From the IMG/VR virus record IMGVR_UViG_3300042861_002315: DNA of 20,000 nt; one strand, written 5' to 3'. The DNA comes from an uncultured virus (IMG/VR IMGVR_UViG_3300042861_002315). Its lineage: Duplodnaviria > Heunggongvirae > Uroviricota > Caudoviricetes. The notes beneath the pieces are model-generated. The model was not told the DNA's origin and searched no databases. It saw nothing but the letters and a program-made list of their open reading frames with translations. Position numbers and translations under genes: made by a program. Positions 1 to 7,473 of the stretch are shown here, one piece after another. Each line of letters starts with the position of its first letter. Within the stretch, counting starts at the first letter, position 1.

Positions 1-182
1 GGACATGGAAACAAACCTATGTAGACGGTGCAGAAATTTGTGCCAAAGTTGATGCAAGTTGGTTTGACAAAAAAGCGTTTTTCTCATTCATTGATTCTAC
101 TGATAATGATTGGAAACTACAGCCACTAGTGCATCAACTCTACAGCCTAATACAGTACTATGGTGTAGACAATATCTTGTAG
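1..182 (+). CDS. 3' end of a hypothetical protein (partial, runs off window)
   Basis: Frame 3 is open from base 3 (TWKQTYVDGAEICAKV...YGVDNIL) to TAG at 180-182. Confidence 0.7.
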   Translation, partial: TWKQTYVDGAEICAKVDASWFDKKAFFSFIDSTDNDWKLQPLVHQLYSLIQYYGVDNIL

Positions 183-283
183 TGATTATTCCTAGCTGTA
201 GCGTGACAGTACAGCTAAGAGTATTCACTCTAACAGTGTATATCTCTACTAACCTCTAAACTTGCCTATAGGGTAAGGAACCA
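181..283 (+). repeat. Structured intergenic element, copy 1
   Basis: TTCCTA 189-194, stem TAGCTGTA/TACAGCTA, TAAGAG 216-221, CTCT 244-247, hairpin CTTGCC-TATAG-GGTAAG 261-277, AGGAA, then ATG 284. Confidence 0.8.
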
Positions 284-820
284 ATGAACAAACGTGAGAT
301 TATAGCCGAAGGGCTACAACGTGGCTACAGCATCGCAAAGTCGATAGACCTTGTAGGTATCGGTGGCTATGGTGACGGTCAATTTTTAGATGAACGTGGG
401 AAAGTTAGAATTACTTCTCAAAATTGGCTAGAGTTCCATACTAACTATGCTTATGAGTGCGAAAGTCAAGATAGACAGTTTTCCCCTTTTGAGTTCTTGG
501 CTAACGACATTAACGCGACTGAAGATAATCCTAGAGTCAAATTTGAGCCTTGGTTTGAATTTGACGAAGCAATCTCTAGAGGTATCCGCAAAGCGCTGAA
601 AGAGCGATGGAAGTCTATTCGTATGACTAAGGAAGATTACTGGAAAACCTTTGATGGCAGTCGCGATTTGTTTGATACAGTATGGCGCAAATTACGAAGC
701 TATGCCAAGTCTTCTATTGATTTAGATTGGAACGATAACAATGCAGTTGAAGATTGGCTAGATACCTTATCTAGTGAACTTGTAAACGACTCTAGCAGTA
801 GGTTTTACATCTATGGGTAA
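284..820 (+). CDS. Hypothetical phage protein, 178 aa
   Basis: ORF with AAGGA RBS; no family recognised. Confidence 0.8.
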   Translation: MNKREIIAEGLQRGYSIAKSIDLVGIGGYGDGQFLDERGKVRITSQNWLEFHTNYAYECESQDRQFSPFEFLANDINATEDNPRVKFEPWFEFDEAISRGIRKALKERWKSIRMTKEDYWKTFDGSRDLFDTVWRKLRSYAKSSIDLDWNDNNAVEDWLDTLSSELVNDSSSRFYIYG

Positions 821-1019
821 ATCAAAATGTAAACAAAAAGGATATCAGCGCAAAACTAGAGATTTGTACGATATCCTACAGCGAACTGTCTACGGTGTAG
901 AAGTTGTATGTACTGAAACATCATGGGCAGATTGCAAAACTAATTTGAAGCTTTACCGTGAAGCAGACCCAAGAGGGCAGTATTTGTATAGAAAATATAG
1001 AGAGAGAATTGCATCATGA
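813..1019 (+). CDS. Small basic hypothetical protein
   Basis: Overlaps the upstream stop; ATGA coupling to the next ORF. Confidence 0.7.
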   Translation: MGKSKCKQKGYQRKTRDLYDILQRTVYGVEVVCTETSWADCKTNLKLYREADPRGQYLYRKYRERIAS

Positions 1020-1216
1020 CACTAACACAAGCAATTGACTGGCTACAAAATCTACCTTGTATCGAAGAAAATCAAACTGATGAGACACTAGACCATGAAC
1101 AGTGGCTTCAATTAGAATCTAAATCTAGGCAAGCTATCGATATTGTGGAGGACTTTCTAAGTAACTCTAAAATGAACTTGATAAAAATTGAACAAAATCT
1201 TTGGTGGGAAAAATAG
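1016..1216 (+). CDS. Small hypothetical protein
   Basis: ATGA overlap with the upstream ORF. Confidence 0.7.
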   Translation: MTLTQAIDWLQNLPCIEENQTDETLDHEQWLQLESKSRQAIDIVEDFLSNSKMNLIKIEQNLWWEK

Positions 1217-1225
1217 AATAATCGC

Positions 1226-1254
1226 TTGACATTTTTCCTAACTGTCTGTAGGCT
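1226..1254 (+). promoter_or_regulatory. Sigma70-like promoter embedded in element copy 2
   Basis: TTGACA 1226-1231, 17-bp spacer, TAGGCT 1249-1254. Confidence 0.55.
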
Positions 1255-1344
1255 TTAAATTTACAGACAGTCAAGAGCAATGTAGCTATCGCTTATAGCG
1301 CTCTTTTCACTCACGCTCAAACTAACTACAGGTTAGGAATTATA
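1226..1344 (+). repeat. Structured intergenic element, copy 2
   Basis: TTCCTA 1235-1240, stem ACTGTCTGTA/TACAGACAGT, CAAGAG 1272-1277, AAGAGC/GCTCTT stem, hairpin CTAAC-TACAG-GTTAG 1322-1336, AGGAA, ATG 1345. Confidence 0.8.
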
Positions 1345-1866
1345 ATGAAACCAACAACAGAAAATATTATTACTCGCAGTACTGAAACTGATAATGTAAT
1401 TGGCATCTATGAAGTGTTTATCTCGCATCAGCGCAATCCTGATATAGATAGAAATAAAAAATCTAAAAACTTTCAAGATGATAGTGACGCTTGGCTTGTA
1501 GTCATCAATGGTCAACGCTTTGATTACTATACAGGCGTAGGGCATCGTCATATCGATAGAATGACTGTGCTTGGTACTAAGTGGGATTATGACTACATTA
1601 AAAAGAATCGTCATAAATTGTATATGGATGTTCTGGTACAAGTCTCGAAACCCGTAACCCCAAAATTCGATAGTATATTGGCTTGTCTAGTACAAGATGC
1701 TGTGGGTAGCGCCCAAACGTTTGATAATTGGTGTAGCGACTATGGCTACGATACAGACTCTCGCAAAGCTCTCGACACATATATGGCTTGTCAAGAAACA
1801 GCTAAAAAGTTGAGACTCGCTAGAGTGCCTGTAACAGCAGAAGCAGAACGTCTACAGGATTACTAG
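1345..1866 (+). CDS. Hypothetical phage protein, 173 aa
   Basis: ORF with RBS; C-terminal FDNWCSDYGYDTDSRKA motif resembles uncharacterised phage/plasmid proteins. Confidence 0.8.
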   Translation: MKPTTENIITRSTETDNVIGIYEVFISHQRNPDIDRNKKSKNFQDDSDAWLVVINGQRFDYYTGVGHRHIDRMTVLGTKWDYDYIKKNRHKLYMDVLVQVSKPVTPKFDSILACLVQDAVGSAQTFDNWCSDYGYDTDSRKALDTYMACQETAKKLRLARVPVTAEAERLQDY

Positions 1867-1967
1867 AACTTTCCTAGCAGTACTCATATTTCGTTTGGGT
1901 ATTGCTAAGAGCGCTCTAAGCGACTCTACCTAACCAATCTAAAACTAGCTATAGGCTAGGAACTATC
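1864..1967 (+). repeat. Structured intergenic element, copy 3
   Basis: TTCCTA 1871-1876, stem TAGCAGTACTCA/TGGGTATTGCTA, TAAGAG 1906-1911, CTCT 1924-1927, hairpin CTAGC-TATAG-GCTAG 1945-1959, AGGAA, ATG 1968. Confidence 0.8.
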
Positions 1968-2930
1968 ATGGCACGTATCAAACGAGTTTTCCAGAACGCT
2001 AGAGAAACAATTCACGTTTTCGCTCAACAGTCTCAAGATGAGGGTAGAAGCAGCAATGTATCTTTCAAACCCTCTAGCACCTCATTAGAGATTGGTGATG
2101 CACTTTACAGCTATAACACTTGCATCGCTGCATTTCGTGAAACTCCTAACGGTGCGAAAGTATTGTTTCTTGACTACTACTCTCATTCATCTTGCACTTC
2201 CAAGCATCAAAGCGCGGTACATTACAGCGTTACGCAACCGATTTACAGCTATGACTATATTCCTCACTGGGTTAGGGACGATGTGAACTACCTTAGCGGT
2301 AGACGTGGTTCTAGACGTGACAATTCCCCTCATACTGTCAAACCTGAATCTATTTGGCAACAATACAAAGAAATTTTTGATGCTCTTGTTGCTACAGTTA
2401 GACAAAAGCGCTTTGCTCGGACTGCTTGCGAACGTCTGAATATGGCTAGAGAGTATGAAGCTAAAGCCAATAGAATCAAGCGTTCTTTCAATCTCGACAG
2501 TCTTCCAGATATTGAGCTTGTCATCACCCCGCAAATGCAAGAGTATGTAGAACTTGCAGAACAGAAGAAAGTAGAAAAAGAAAAGCGTGAGAAGGAAAAG
2601 ATTCAGCGTGACATTGAACGTACTGCAATTGACCGTGAGAAGTGGCTTACAGGACATTGTAATTACTTTCCTCATGCGTATCAATTCCCTATCGTGCTAC
2701 GCTTATCTCCTAGCGATTCTAGCCGTGTTGAAACCTCTAGAGGTGCATTTGTACCCGTCAAGGTGTGTGAGCGTCTCTATCGTGCATTCCAAGCGAAGCT
2801 AATGCCTGAAGATGTGCGTGTAGGAAACTACACTCTCAACAGTGTCAGTGAGCAAGGTATTACAATCGGTTGTCATCAAATCAGCGCTGATGAACTTGAG
2901 CGCTTTGCTAAGGTAATCGGTATCGCGTAA
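1968..2930 (+). CDS. Hypothetical phage protein, 320 aa, with central charged coiled-coil
   Basis: Long ORF with RBS; EQKKVEKEKREKEK segment; C-terminal VETSRGAFVP...IGCHQI motif resembles uncharacterised phage proteins. Confidence 0.85.
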   Translation: MARIKRVFQNARETIHVFAQQSQDEGRSSNVSFKPSSTSLEIGDALYSYNTCIAAFRETPNGAKVLFLDYYSHSSCTSKHQSAVHYSVTQPIYSYDYIPHWVRDDVNYLSGRRGSRRDNSPHTVKPESIWQQYKEIFDALVATVRQKRFARTACERLNMAREYEAKANRIKRSFNLDSLPDIELVITPQMQEYVELAEQKKVEKEKREKEKIQRDIERTAIDREKWLTGHCNYFPHAYQFPIVLRLSPSDSSRVETSRGAFVPVKVCERLYRAFQAKLMPEDVRVGNYTLNSVSEQGITIGCHQISADELERFAKVIGIA

Positions 2931-3007
2931 CTTTCTTTTCTGACTATGCCTTGTAGTGTCTTGCAAGGCTTGCTAGCCCTAATATAACTATGGATGGATG
3001 AATGGTA

Positions 3008-3281
3008 ATGTCTATAACAACTCGTCTTTGGAATGATGCAGACTTAGAACGCCTTGCAACTGATGATAACCTCTTGACCGTAAATCTGCGACAAAGTAGT
3101 TATCGAACTATACGCTAAAGAGATTGCTAGACCTATTATTGATGTCTTACTACAAGTCAACATGAAAAAAGACAGCTTTGAGCTATTTAAAGAGCTTTTC
3201 AACAAAGACTACATCGTGAGAGAGGCTATCTACTTCTTTAAAAATCAAACACTAGATTTTGAGGCTAAAATTCATGATTGA
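3008..3281 (+). pseudogene. Probable ~90-aa gene split by a +1 frameshift near 3082-3084
   Basis: ATG 3008 frame (MSITTRLWNDADLERLATDDNLLTV) stops at 3118. The +1 frame is open 3084-3281 (ICDKVVIELYAKEIARP...EAKIHD) and its TGA overlaps the next start. Confidence 0.55.
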
Positions 3282-3468
3282 AGCTGCTATCTTTGGATTT
3301 GTATCTGGTTGTCTGGTATCTGGTTTGTGCTGCTTTAGAATAGGCTACCAACAACGTATTTGGGATACACTAGAAATTACAGCCGCTAAAAATGCCAAGA
3401 TTGAAGCTTATGAGTCCATACTTGGCACAATGAAACTTAAAAAAGAGATTGGACATACCCACGAATAA
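3274..3468 (+). CDS. Small protein with N-terminal hydrophobic/TM segment
   Basis: ATG 3274 preceded by GAGG; MIEAAIFGFVSGCLVSGLCCF. Confidence 0.65.
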   Translation: MIEAAIFGFVSGCLVSGLCCFRIGYQQRIWDTLEITAAKNAKIEAYESILGTMKLKKEIGHTHE

Positions 3469-3506
3469 TCTATTCTTTTTGACTACACAAAAAACTAGCT
3501 AACGCA

Positions 3507-3589
3507 GTTGACTTTTCCTATCTGTCTGGTATAAGCTACTGGACAGATAAGAGTAATCAATGTTCACCATTACTCTATCACAAAACAAA
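3507..3589 (+). repeat. Structured intergenic element, copy 4 (lacks the UAYAG hairpin), with possible promoter
   Basis: TTGACT 3508-3513, TTCCTA 3515-3520, stem TATCTGTCTGGT/ACTGGACAGATA, TAAGAG 3548-3553, stem AGAGTAAT 3550-3557/ATTACTCT 3569-3576. Confidence 0.75.
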
Positions 3590-3811
3590 ATGACAGATAC
3601 ATTATTTTCAAGACGCACATCAAACCGTAACAACACTGAAATGCTACCACTACCAACATTTGCCGCACCTACTCAAATCAGCTATTCTCTTGTCAACAAC
3701 AATGCAGACTGGGAAAATTTACGCTTAAAGCTTATTGAACTAAGCACAGCATCTATTCCTTTCACTCTCGAAAAAGAGGATGGTATAAAGCGTATTCGAT
3801 TGACCTACTAA
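3590..3811 (+). CDS. Small hypothetical protein (start 3590 preferred over 3560)
   Basis: ATG 3560 lies inside the second stem-loop of element copy 4; ATG 3590 follows it. Confidence 0.6.
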   Translation: MTDTLFSRRTSNRNNTEMLPLPTFAAPTQISYSLVNNNADWENLRLKLIELSTASIPFTLEKEDGIKRIRLTY

Positions 3812-3818
3812 CATCCCT

Positions 3819-3853
3819 AAAGAGAGGGGCTACCCTTAATTCCCCTCCCTTTT
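3819..3853 (+). terminator. Possible weak intrinsic terminator or hairpin
   Basis: GAGGGG 3824-3829 / CCCCTC 3842-3847 followed by CCTTTT. Confidence 0.4.
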
Positions 3854-3879
3854 CTGCCCAACTGTTTTGGAGAAAAATT

Positions 3880-4422
3880 ATGACTACTTATGACACTTCA
3901 GTTAAATTTGCCAAGCTCGGTTTTGATGATTATGTACAATTTGAAAATCGCAAAGTTCAGCTAACTCACTACGACACTGACCACAAAACCCCTCTTTTTC
4001 TGCAATTCGTAGGTGATATCGCGCAACCTGCTTACTGTATCGGTTTTAAGAATGCTATCGACTGGCTGAAAACTGGTGTTCTCGAAAACCCTAAAATCAA
4101 GGTCAAGACCAGCAAAGCCAAACTTGACGGTAAGCACTTGATTGTAAAGACTTGGAAAGCTGCTAATGATGGCACAGTCTTCTCTCTGAACTATGACGGT
4201 AAAGATTTGGAAGTATGGGAGTTTGAGAAAGTAATATTTCCTGACCTCTCAGACTTATCACGAAGCAGCCTTAATCTGTTTTCTCCTTGGTTCTTAAATG
4301 TCTTCACGCCGTCAAAGAATAAATTCCGCTCTACTTTCAATGTAGAACACTGGAATGTCGCAAAACACATTGTAGAACGTATCGCAATCGTGCGTGAGGT
4401 ATTGAAAAATGAATCTCGCTAA
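3880..4422 (+). CDS. Hypothetical protein, 180 aa
   Basis: GGAG RBS upstream. Confidence 0.8.
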   Translation: MTTYDTSVKFAKLGFDDYVQFENRKVQLTHYDTDHKTPLFLQFVGDIAQPAYCIGFKNAIDWLKTGVLENPKIKVKTSKAKLDGKHLIVKTWKAANDGTVFSLNYDGKDLEVWEFEKVIFPDLSDLSRSSLNLFSPWFLNVFTPSKNKFRSTFNVEHWNVAKHIVERIAIVREVLKNESR

Positions 4423-4609
4423 ACTCACCCATAGCTACCACATCTCATTGGCAGAAAAACAAGCTACCAAGACACGCAATCAAGCCAACCTCACTCGTAT
4501 AGCTTCAGCACTTCAACAACACTCTAATCGTCAAATCTTGCAATCTATAGGAGAATATTTAAATGTCTGCCAAAAAACAAACTTGGGTGAAACGTCACCA
4601 TACTTGTAA
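4409..4609 (+). CDS. Small hypothetical protein
   Basis: GAGG RBS; overlaps both neighbours. Confidence 0.55.
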   Translation: MNLAKLTHSYHISLAEKQATKTRNQANLTRIASALQQHSNRQILQSIGEYLNVCQKTNLGETSPYL

Positions 4610-4790
4610 AGGACACAGCACCACAGATATTATCAGATATTCTAATCCTGACAAGCTTCTAACCCAACTGTTCGACGGTGATGTACCTGACGGCTTTGTT
4701 GTCTCACTAAACACGCCAGAACGCATTGAACTTACTTTTAATGGTCAGCCAACTTTTTATTTTGAACCTATAGGGAGAATTAGACGATGA
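4563..4790 (+). CDS. Small hypothetical protein
   Basis: AGGAG RBS; ATGA coupling to the next ORF. Confidence 0.7.
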   Translation: MSAKKQTWVKRHHTCKGHSTTDIIRYSNPDKLLTQLFDGDVPDGFVVSLNTPERIELTFNGQPTFYFEPIGRIRR

Positions 4791-5149
4791 AAGCAATTCA
4801 AGTTTCCTACTCTAATACCACTGGCAAGTATCGCGCCAAAGCTGAGGGTGTTCCTGCTATCATCCGCAGCAAAGAAGAAAACGGTGGTTATACTGCATCT
4901 AAAATCGCCCACGAATTAGCCAATAAATACAATTGGCTGCAATTTAACGGTGAGACTAAATACCGTCTTGTGGAAGGTTTTTTACCTAATGGTAATGATG
5001 TATTCGTGTTTGTTAAAGATGTTCAACCACTCCTAGATGAAGTTGAGTACATTCTTTCAATTGACTACGACTCTCAGAATCGTAACTTGGAACTTTGCAA
5101 AGATACCGTTGACACACTTCGAGAGGTTTATAAAAAATATGCAAACTAA
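4787..5149 (+). CDS. Hypothetical protein, 120 aa
   Basis: GGAG RBS, ATGA overlap. Confidence 0.75.
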   Translation: MKAIQVSYSNTTGKYRAKAEGVPAIIRSKEENGGYTASKIAHELANKYNWLQFNGETKYRLVEGFLPNGNDVFVFVKDVQPLLDEVEYILSIDYDSQNRNLELCKDTVDTLREVYKKYAN

Positions 5150-5729
5150 AAATCTTTCTCGCGAACAACTACTCACTTCTTTTCTGCACAGAGCTTGCGA
5201 CCTCTCTTCTAGTGGTTTACAAATCGACTCTGAAGGCTATCTCTACGCCTCTGGTGAAATGATAGCCGCTTGGCGAGGTTATGGTCTTGGTGGTACATTA
5301 TTCATTGATTGCGGCTCATCTAAGGTGTGCAACCGTAGGGCAGCTAACGACCTCAAAGAGTTGGCAGAAAAAGAAGGAGTAGCTTATTTGTGTTACAACA
5401 CACACTCGTACATTATCTCTCCTGAATTTCAGTTCGCTGAACGTCTAGTCTCCTATGCAATCTGGGCTACTCCTAAAGTAGTGAATCCTGAAAATATCTT
5501 TGCTCAAAGCAAAAAACTGCTTGACAAGGCTATAGAAAAAGATATAAGCTTTGAAAGTATTCAATCATTACTTGATTCAACTCAACACATTGCAACGTTA
5601 TTTGGTTTCACGTTCGATAAAACGTCTTACGACGTTAAGAGACAACAACACATCGAAACAGCAAGCGCAGTAAAAGCGGAGCGCATTGCATACCACAAAA
5701 AAGAGCTAGAGAGGTTACTTGCATCATGA
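5139..5729 (+). CDS. Hypothetical protein (~196 aa); possible distant paralog of 1968..2930
   Basis: ATG 5139 with GAGG RBS; shares an LY-x4-IAA-x-R-x6/7-LF-x-D pattern with ORF 1968. Confidence 0.75.
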   Translation: MQTKNLSREQLLTSFLHRACDLSSSGLQIDSEGYLYASGEMIAAWRGYGLGGTLFIDCGSSKVCNRRAANDLKELAEKEGVAYLCYNTHSYIISPEFQFAERLVSYAIWATPKVVNPENIFAQSKKLLDKAIEKDISFESIQSLLDSTQHIATLFGFTFDKTSYDVKRQQHIETASAVKAERIAYHKKELERLLAS

Positions 5730-5998
5730 AATTAATTCAAATTGGAAAAGAAACCTTCATTCCTTCCGACGCTAAAATTGTAAAGGTCAAGTTAGACCCA
5801 GACCATCCTAAAGGAGTTGGTACTCTCACTATTGTGTATGATGTTCCTCATAACATTCGCGAACAACATGAAGTACTTCATTTGACTGACCCTGAAGATA
5901 AGGCAATGGCACTTCGGGTTTTTAGAAAAATGGCTGCTCAGGTTGTCAACACTACGCCCGAAATTGATTTTTGGGTAAACGTAGTCAATCGTAAATAG
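5726..5998 (+). CDS. Hypothetical protein, 90 aa
   Basis: GAGG RBS, ATGA overlap. Confidence 0.75.
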   Translation: MKLIQIGKETFIPSDAKIVKVKLDPDHPKGVGTLTIVYDVPHNIREQHEVLHLTDPEDKAMALRVFRKMAAQVVNTTPEIDFWVNVVNRK

Positions 5999-6081
5999 AT
6001 TCTCTCTCGCTAGGCAATCTTGTACTACCTAGCCAAAGTATTACCCCAACTCACAAGTTAATTACTTTTCAGGAGATTACA

Positions 6082-6642
6082 ATGACTCTCGCCATGATTA
6101 AAAACATTCAAGACTTCGCCGCACATTTTAGTGCAAATTCACCTATAGAGCTTGAGCGTAGGCTTTCTTCTTTGGATAGCTATGTTTCTTCAGCTACATT
6201 CACAACTGCCTCTGGCGAAAAGATTCAAACTGACTTTGATTTTCTTTGTCGAGAGGATTTTCCTCAAGGAGTTGTTTCAGTGGTTTTCAATGCAACTAAA
6301 GAAGGTAGCGACTATGAGCCAAGCATGACTCCTCTAGTATTCCCCTTTGAAGATTTCGAGATTCAAGAGGCGATTACTTATCTCGATGGTGAACTTTACG
6401 GTAGCCAGTCTGACAGCCAGCACCAACCCGATAAACTTATTGAAACAATTGCAGACGCTCAGGAATTTGTTGCCTCTAAATACCAACAACATTCCACTGA
6501 TACTGTTTTCAAGCCTTACACTAAAAAATCTAAGCTAAATGCTGTTAGTTTTGAAGACTCTGAAGGGTTTGAGACAATTGTTGAGATTCCTTGTACACCT
6601 AACTCTCTAGAACTTGCTTTGCTACTAGCTTGGGGCGAATGA
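6082..6642 (+). CDS. Acidic hypothetical protein, 186 aa
   Basis: AGGAG RBS; rich in D/E. Confidence 0.8.
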   Translation: MTLAMIKNIQDFAAHFSANSPIELERRLSSLDSYVSSATFTTASGEKIQTDFDFLCREDFPQGVVSVVFNATKEGSDYEPSMTPLVFPFEDFEIQEAITYLDGELYGSQSDSQHQPDKLIETIADAQEFVASKYQQHSTDTVFKPYTKKSKLNAVSFEDSEGFETIVEIPCTPNSLELALLLAWGE

Positions 6643-6797
6643 TGACAATCCAACTGACTATTTCAGGTAAAGACCTTAATCAGACATTCCGCAAAGCTCT
6701 AGCGACTGTAACCTACTTTAACGTGCTTACTAAAGTAGGTTACAAGATTTTATTACAAGCTCCTGACGGAGAACTCAAGGAGGCAATCTTAAAATGA
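6642..6797 (+). CDS. 51-aa protein missing from the ORF track
   Basis: MTIQLTISGKDLNQTFRKALATVTYFNVLTKVGYKILLQAPDGELKEAILK; start/stop overlaps on both sides and fills the gap exactly. Confidence 0.7.
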   Translation: MTIQLTISGKDLNQTFRKALATVTYFNVLTKVGYKILLQAPDGELKEAILK

Positions 6798-7285
6798 CCA
6801 CCACTACATCACTACACCATCGCCAGACCGCACCTAAACGTTTCCGCGACCCCTATATCATCGCGCAACAGCTCTCACTGCTCACCCACGCACAGAAAGA
6901 ACTCATTATTTCTAATCATGCCAGAAACAAATGGAAAAGTTACCCTTGGCATTGTACTGGCTACTATGTTACCAAAGGTAGAGGCTCATTCAGCATCTCT
7001 TGTAACGATTATGCTGGCATCAAAGACTACACCCTCTTTTCTGCCATATTAGCGTCAGCGTCTCATGAGAACATCTTTGAGATTGTTTTGAATGCAGACT
7101 ACGAGGTGGTAAAGTTAGCCCTTCGGATAGATTTACCAACTAGTTCTGAGACTGATATCATACTGGTATTAGCTGGTGAACTGGAGCCTGAGCGACTCGA
7201 ATACCAAGATGTGAGATTGGTCACTTGGTACTTAAACGACAAAAATGATAACCACAAAACATTGCGGAAAGAGAGATACAGCTAA
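6794..7285 (+). CDS. Hypothetical protein, possibly DUF4258/BECR-like nuclease fold
   Basis: AGGAGG RBS; N-terminal SNHAR and C-terminal LVTWYLNDKNDNHKTL motifs; the fold call is tentative. Confidence 0.6.
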   Translation: MTTTTSLHHRQTAPKRFRDPYIIAQQLSLLTHAQKELIISNHARNKWKSYPWHCTGYYVTKGRGSFSISCNDYAGIKDYTLFSAILASASHENIFEIVLNADYEVVKLALRIDLPTSSETDIILVLAGELEPERLEYQDVRLVTWYLNDKNDNHKTLRKERYS

Positions 7286-7287
7286 TC

Positions 7288-7473
7288 ATGACATCTAACT
7301 CACTAGCCAGACCTCCTCCGCCTTACGACCGATGACTCCAACTATACTCCTTTCTCTCTAACAATTTCTACTTGGTGCAACTAATGTTTTTTCCTTGGAC
7401 TGGTTTCTGTTTGACTGTTTGGGCTATCTCTGTAACTATCGCACTCATCACCCCCCCAAATGAAGATAAGTAA
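7288..7473 (+). pseudogene. Small membrane-protein ORF with an in-frame TGA at 7333-7335 (or a 29-aa ORF from 7384)
   Basis: MTSNSLARPPPPYDR*LQLYSFLSNNFYLVQLMFFPWTGFCLTVWAISVTIALITPPNEDK*; one frame fills the gap between the neighbours. Confidence 0.45.

Noticed and set aside
1333..2802. Alternative-frame and antisense ORFs (1333-1641, 1598-1780, 2092-2286, 2187-2684, 2330-2527, 2587-2802)
   Set aside because: They are nested within better plus-strand genes that have RBSs, and have no motifs of their own
2948..2969. Hairpin GCCTTGTAG/TTGCAAGGC as another cassette copy or a terminator
   Set aside because: It lacks the TTCCTA/YAAGAG boxes and has no following U tract
181..3589. Intergenic repeats as a CRISPR array or classical integron attC sites
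   Set aside because: The copies are not identical, are separated by whole genes, and lack RYYYAAC/GTTRRRY boxes; no cas or integrase gene is in the window
7333..7335. Genome-wide TGA recoding
   Set aside because: Many genes end at TGA in ATGA overlaps, so the standard code fits
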